A DNA stretch of 64,000 nucleotides from Amoeboaphelidium occidentale (taxonomy: Eukaryota): positions 62,001 through 126,000 of the forward strand of contig JALGPX010000008.1 of assembly GCA_023515795.1 (NCBI GenBank). Reading direction: 5' to 3'. The notes beneath the pieces are model-generated. The model was given only the letters and a program-made list of their open reading frames with translations, was not told the origin of the DNA and did not search any database. A program made the translations under genes and the position numbers. Shown here piece by piece: positions 60,401 through 64,000 of this stretch. The stretch's first letter is position 1, and each line of letters opens with the position of its first letter.

Positions 60401-63400
60401 TTAAAATCTCTGCAAGGTCAAGAGTTTCAGTTTACAATTTCCTGCACAACAAGAATTCCGTTTTCATGAAAAAGACGCTGGAAGCGCTTGAGTATCTTTT
60501 TGTTACACAACGACAGATATTCAAAGAGACTATGAAGAAGGCTTTCTACTTTCCTCGGCAAGAAAAGTTCTATGTGGAACCCTCAGTCAACAGGATCTCA
60601 CAATCCATTCATACTTGCCATGTACCAAACAGTGAAAAGGAAATGTCGGAACTTTTATCATCACTTGAAAACTACGAAGAAAACTCAAGTGATATGATTG
60701 AATTGATTCTAACCGAAATATACCATCTAGTTGAATGTTCTGCAGATGTGCTGAACGTAGAAGGAAAGCGAAGACTGTTCGAGATTATAGTTAACCTGCT
60801 TTCTTTGGGCAGCAATCTTTCAGAGAATGTCAAAGTTTGCGCAATTAATCTGGTTGGGCTCGTTGGAGCAATTGACTTGAGTGGTCACGATTTAAAAGGT
60901 TCAAGGGCTGAAACAAAATGTACTTTTGATCTTACAAGAGACGACAGCATTGCAAACTTTGTGATGTATCTACTGCTGAAACATCTTTATCCTTTATACA
61001 AGACAGCACCAGAAAACTTTATTCAAGACAGAGCTTCATATGTAATTCAAGAATTACTTCGCGCAGCAGGAGTCAGCGGGGCAGATGATGTTGAGGATAT
61101 TGAAGATAAAGTGAAGCAAGTTGGACGAAAGTGTTATCAGGAAAAGATTCCTGCGATTGTCCAAAACACCTTTCAACCACTCCTCAGCAGTAGTTACAAG
61201 ATTCAGTTTCTACCCGATGAGGAGTATCCAGTGACGATTTATTCTTTTTCAAACACATTTGCAGATTGGCTTTCTGGAATGACCATAAGATATATGAATT
61301 TTCTCTTGTTTGTGATCGAAAGAAAGAAGCTCAGTGGTTTTAATTTGAAACGGGTTCTTACTCCTCTAAAGGCTGTTACGAAAGGAGCATATATTGACGT
61401 CAACATTTCCAAAGATGTATTGCCGACATTAATACTGTCTAATCTTAAATTGAGTTCAGATAACATTAGAGGTTACCTGGTCAAAGAATTTATGTCAGTG
61501 TTCAAGGGAGAAGGAAGTAAAAATCAATCTAAACATTCGCAAGTTGTCGTTTATGTTTTCGAGTTGCTTCAAAGACTTCAAATGTATTATGCATCTCAAG
61601 AAGAATCAAGTTCTATAGTTGAAGCAATACTTTCTCAAATGCCGCTTGAAACTTTGTCTAAAGCTAGTTTTGATTGTGGTCTATACTATCGTAGCTTGTA
61701 TTACTTTGAAAATTTGTTGAGGAACTCCATAATGGCAAATACTGTTCTGCCTAAATCGACTCTAACAGAGTATCTATCGAGAATGCAAAAAATTTACTTA
61801 AACCTTGCATCTATTGAACCGGACGGTCTCAATGGGATAATCATGTACAGTCAAAGATTGGGAGGTCAATCTACACTCGACAGTAGAATAATCGAATATT
61901 CAAACGAAGAGAAATGGCCACAAGTTCAATCTTCGTACGAAACCTTACTCCACGATTATCCAGACAATCCAAAATATCTGAAAGGCTTGAAAGAAAGTTT
62001 GAAACATTTAGGAAATTATGACACATTGCTTAAAACAGAAAGCAACAAGATCGGGTGTGAGCAAGACGATGCATGGGAAGCTGTATGGAAGTTGCAAAAA
62101 TGGGACTTCGCTTCTGATTGTAGTGAGAATTCAGATAATGCTGCACCAAGCTTTAACTTCTGTATTTCTAAGATGCTTCAAACAACGAAGGATCATGATG
62201 CTTTGCAAAAACTAGCGGTCAAGTCGAAACTTGATATTGCAACTGTAATGATGGAGAAAGGGTTTGGAGGCGAACTTCAACGTTGCCAAGAGGCTTTTAT
62301 AAAATGCCAAATGCTTTACGAAGTCGAAAGCAAGAATAGCCGAACTTCATTGAGTATTGAGGATTTGACAAAGTACATAGACTCCAGGATTCACTTGACC
62401 GAGAATTCCTTGAAAATTCGTGAGCCACTAATTTATCTTTTCAGGACTGTCTATGGAAATATGTACCCTGCCGAAGTTTCAGGGACATTATGGTTGCAGC
62501 AAGCCAAGTTAGCTCGCAAATTTAATAACTTCTTGTTGGCTGAAAATTGTCTTTTGCATGCACAAGTTTATAATCCTCCAGGGATTTCAGTGGAAAGAGC
62601 CAAACTTCTTTATTCTCTTGGTGAAACAAAGAAGGCTCTTGCGGAATTAGAAAGTGTCATTGTTTTACCAGAAGGAACGACAATAACTCAACAGAATCTT
62701 ACAAGGAGTCCGTCCTATGGTAGCAATAACGACGAGCACAGCCAGAAAGACTCGGATTACTATCAAGTCAAAGCCCTCTTGCTTTATGCTAAATGGTTGT
62801 ATGAAAAAGATTTAAAATCAAACAAAGACATTCAGGCTTATTACAAGAAAGCAGTTTCGCAATATGAAAAGTCAGAGAAGGCATACTTTCATTACGGTTC
62901 TTTCTTCAACAAAATCTTGGAAGAATCTACAACCATGAAGCTACAAAGATTGCTTGAAAGACAAGATCAGGGCAAAGCTGAAGACAGGAATGCAGCAGCG
63001 AAAGAATTGCAAGACTGTTTCATGCTGTATTCTGAACAAGTGGCATACGTCATCAAGAATTATGCAAGAAGCCTACAGTTCGGGAACAAATTCTTATTTC
63101 AGTCATTACCTAGATTACTGACACTCTGGCTTGATTACTCGGAACAGGCGGCCGATAGTTCGAAGAATCCTAGTATTGCGGCTATCAGACTGAAGACAAT
63201 AGCTAGTTTAGACAGTTACTGTGTTTCACTCGAAAAGAAATCTCCTGTGTATATATTTCTTCCTGTGTTAAGACAACTTGTATCTAGAGTTTGTCACCCA
63301 CACGAGAGCAGCTGGTTGGTAATGAGCAAGATCCTTGTGAAGGTTTTACTGGAATACCCGCACCAAGCGCTTTGGCATTTAGTACCTGGTCTGAAGTCTA

Positions 63401-64000
63401 CTGCAGATCCTGGTAGAGTGAGACGTTGCACTGAAGTCATAAACAATGCAAAAGAGGATAAAACAATCAAAGTTCTTCGGAAAGATTATCTCACGATCGT
63501 AGAGCAGTTCTTGAATATCTGTAATTATGTTATCCCGGAGAAAGAGAACAAGAAGGATAGAAAAGGCGGACAAGTCAATCATCTTACAATAAGTGGCGAC
63601 TTTCCGTCATTGAAAAGACTGGTACCGATTAATGTCATACTTCCTATTCAAGATTCCTTGACCCCTTCGTTATCAAGTTCCATGTCTTCATCCCCTCAAG
63701 GATTTAAAGCTTTTGGAGATAATCTGCCAACCATCCATTCGTTCAAAGACAAAATACAACTTATGAATAGTTTGCAAAGACCAAGAAAAGTCGGTATTTT
63801 CGGCACAGATGGCAAACTGTACAATTTCTTGTGCAAACCGAAAGATGATCTTAGGAAAGATTGCAGAGTTATTGACTTTTTCAGTGTCATTAATACTTTG
63901 TTTGAGAGGGACACAGAATCCAAGAGAAGAAACTTGAAGATCAGGACTTATGCAGTGATGCCGTTGAACGAAGAGTGCGGCCTTATCGAATGGGTACCAA
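57445..64000 (+). CDS. ATR: ATR/Mec1 checkpoint PIKK, truncated by window end; N-gap artefact at 59402-59410
   Basis: Frame from ATG 57445, absent from the ORF track. FAT-domain QSLPRLLTLWLD, kinase SLQRPRK, LCKPKDDLRKD, IRTYAVMPLNEECGLIEWV. Confidence 0.93.
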   Translation, partial: MTIETADELRRRHQYEISEFFFNRQLLRGDAVTFHLIVKDVFIMMESLHESIVSAVQGAYQSQAAYEIKFFPLTLSFSFSGESYLAMSEECIVYRLTLKELIQFYEIMLRCLVVWLRFPHQVKHLHASVGYNPHSGDPEKEWSCKDISKVHVMLSGHVPELLKLIYNSLSFHVQDGNNDSVVRRASIEIAYYACLNGLVSSEKNLQFVASCCFAVAGQEGVDVTQYPCLIECVGTCLEKLSAEKKSTLLKKYGASFFTGQMLQQDKAVLRILLRSLSNIMESSCSFDLSSEWYKSVFNICIEEFLNCSPTTDYFKDLFKVLRFSVNHDDDLKSLVSGLIKDGQETSREALILVAEQYPRFDLSLLNLNEILKVLKVIDGEPGSSEIVNNCMEYVIKALERIAEPTSGKRDRHDLKDVTLDEILAVLADFDLQQLHLTCSLTEAVSKLDDLNHSLIPIFGKLRVTSDEVNSVLCNIIDEAISSNSSQKIESLLAKFQNFSAENFSEQVIKKLGVFTRPDYDEAIRSKTIRLLQRHQNLFLKDFSASVKAWISSGSNVVRKEGLECLLVVCSCNSKPLASYVSVFAESELTFSKLFDFVDIFLGALVSYERDLQEETELVDKFNLDYLFFSNQTWMSTVLFLLQHCSSETLRDIXXXXDKFNLDCLFFSNQTWMSTVLFLLQHCSSETLRDIIKVRLKDMPDNCMRYLADNMVFHEAILQLIKTQKNYTLTEIALSNFSYWAGIDEMDRFLHSNAEYFVPRIISIKDADVVNWFVKYVKNDELLLKNAYAALHQIFMFHSGSSREFNLDQDILAFFMSQVNQGRSTNLTLSYLLFSNAQKLINLVFFDLGSNVAKAWNSITAVHAILSSDEKISSNIYLKMTFQGFLSSFLLGYIHFIVKSKLSDAQNSASKRIVAAKSLREIITKAGAHCDSKLSRIISLLSQIADYQGTGSEDIREECANAWLTVVKSFSNQAILHVFHEIVINIVKISARSRVSVYNFLHNKNSVFMKKTLEALEYLFVTQRQIFKETMKKAFYFPRQEKFYVEPSVNRISQSIHTCHVPNSEKEMSELLSSLENYEENSSDMIELILTEIYHLVECSADVLNVEGKRRLFEIIVNLLSLGSNLSENVKVCAINLVGLVGAIDLSGHDLKGSRAETKCTFDLTRDDSIANFVMYLLLKHLYPLYKTAPENFIQDRASYVIQELLRAAGVSGADDVEDIEDKVKQVGRKCYQEKIPAIVQNTFQPLLSSSYKIQFLPDEEYPVTIYSFSNTFADWLSGMTIRYMNFLLFVIERKKLSGFNLKRVLTPLKAVTKGAYIDVNISKDVLPTLILSNLKLSSDNIRGYLVKEFMSVFKGEGSKNQSKHSQVVVYVFELLQRLQMYYASQEESSSIVEAILSQMPLETLSKASFDCGLYYRSLYYFENLLRNSIMANTVLPKSTLTEYLSRMQKIYLNLASIEPDGLNGIIMYSQRLGGQSTLDSRIIEYSNEEKWPQVQSSYETLLHDYPDNPKYLKGLKESLKHLGNYDTLLKTESNKIGCEQDDAWEAVWKLQKWDFASDCSENSDNAAPSFNFCISKMLQTTKDHDALQKLAVKSKLDIATVMMEKGFGGELQRCQEAFIKCQMLYEVESKNSRTSLSIEDLTKYIDSRIHLTENSLKIREPLIYLFRTVYGNMYPAEVSGTLWLQQAKLARKFNNFLLAENCLLHAQVYNPPGISVERAKLLYSLGETKKALAELESVIVLPEGTTITQQNLTRSPSYGSNNDEHSQKDSDYYQVKALLLYAKWLYEKDLKSNKDIQAYYKKAVSQYEKSEKAYFHYGSFFNKILEESTTMKLQRLLERQDQGKAEDRNAAAKELQDCFMLYSEQVAYVIKNYARSLQFGNKFLFQSLPRLLTLWLDYSEQAADSSKNPSIAAIRLKTIASLDSYCVSLEKKSPVYIFLPVLRQLVSRVCHPHESSWLVMSKILVKVLLEYPHQALWHLVPGLKSTADPGRVRRCTEVINNAKEDKTIKVLRKDYLTIVEQFLNICNYVIPEKENKKDRKGGQVNHLTISGDFPSLKRLVPINVILPIQDSLTPSLSSSMSSSPQGFKAFGDNLPTIHSFKDKIQLMNSLQRPRKVGIFGTDGKLYNFLCKPKDDLRKDCRVIDFFSVINTLFERDTESKRRNLKIRTYAVMPLNEECGLIEWVP
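59297..59514. repeat. Duplicated flank around N-gap (probable assembly artefact)
   Basis: 59297-59400 repeated at 59411-59514 with 1 difference (tat/tgt). Confidence 0.9.

Noticed and set aside
58970..64000. Apparent ORF-poor or non-coding region in the ORF track
   Set aside because: It is the ATR frame, omitted because it has no stop inside the window.

Overview
Eukaryotic, very gene-dense DNA with about 37 protein genes in 64 kb, short GT-AG introns (about 31-52 nt), intergenic gaps often under 30 bp, and the standard genetic code. The content is fungal-like (Arc1, Chs5-N, Fpk1/Nrc-2-type kinase, Rad16, Ypk9, Fab1, metacaspase). It also includes genes I associate with animals or protists (group XII PLA2s, GSAP/pigeon-, PRAS40- and GPS2-like, EF-hand GPD2). 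My inference is an early-diverging fungus or aphelid-like relative that retains complex I. Highlights: a three-gene ER-targeted group XII PLA2 cluster with one His->Leu pseudoenzyme; a catalytically dead neprilysin; a SNORD29/snR71-like C/D snoRNA in a probable long intron; a spliced 71-aa micro-gene missed by the ORF track; a plant/Zymomonas-type PDC. Five N-gaps flanked by 100-135 bp duplications carrying SNPs look like assembly artefacts. No CRISPR, tRNA, rRNA or mobile element was seen. Family assignments rest on motifs recalled from memory; no searches were run.
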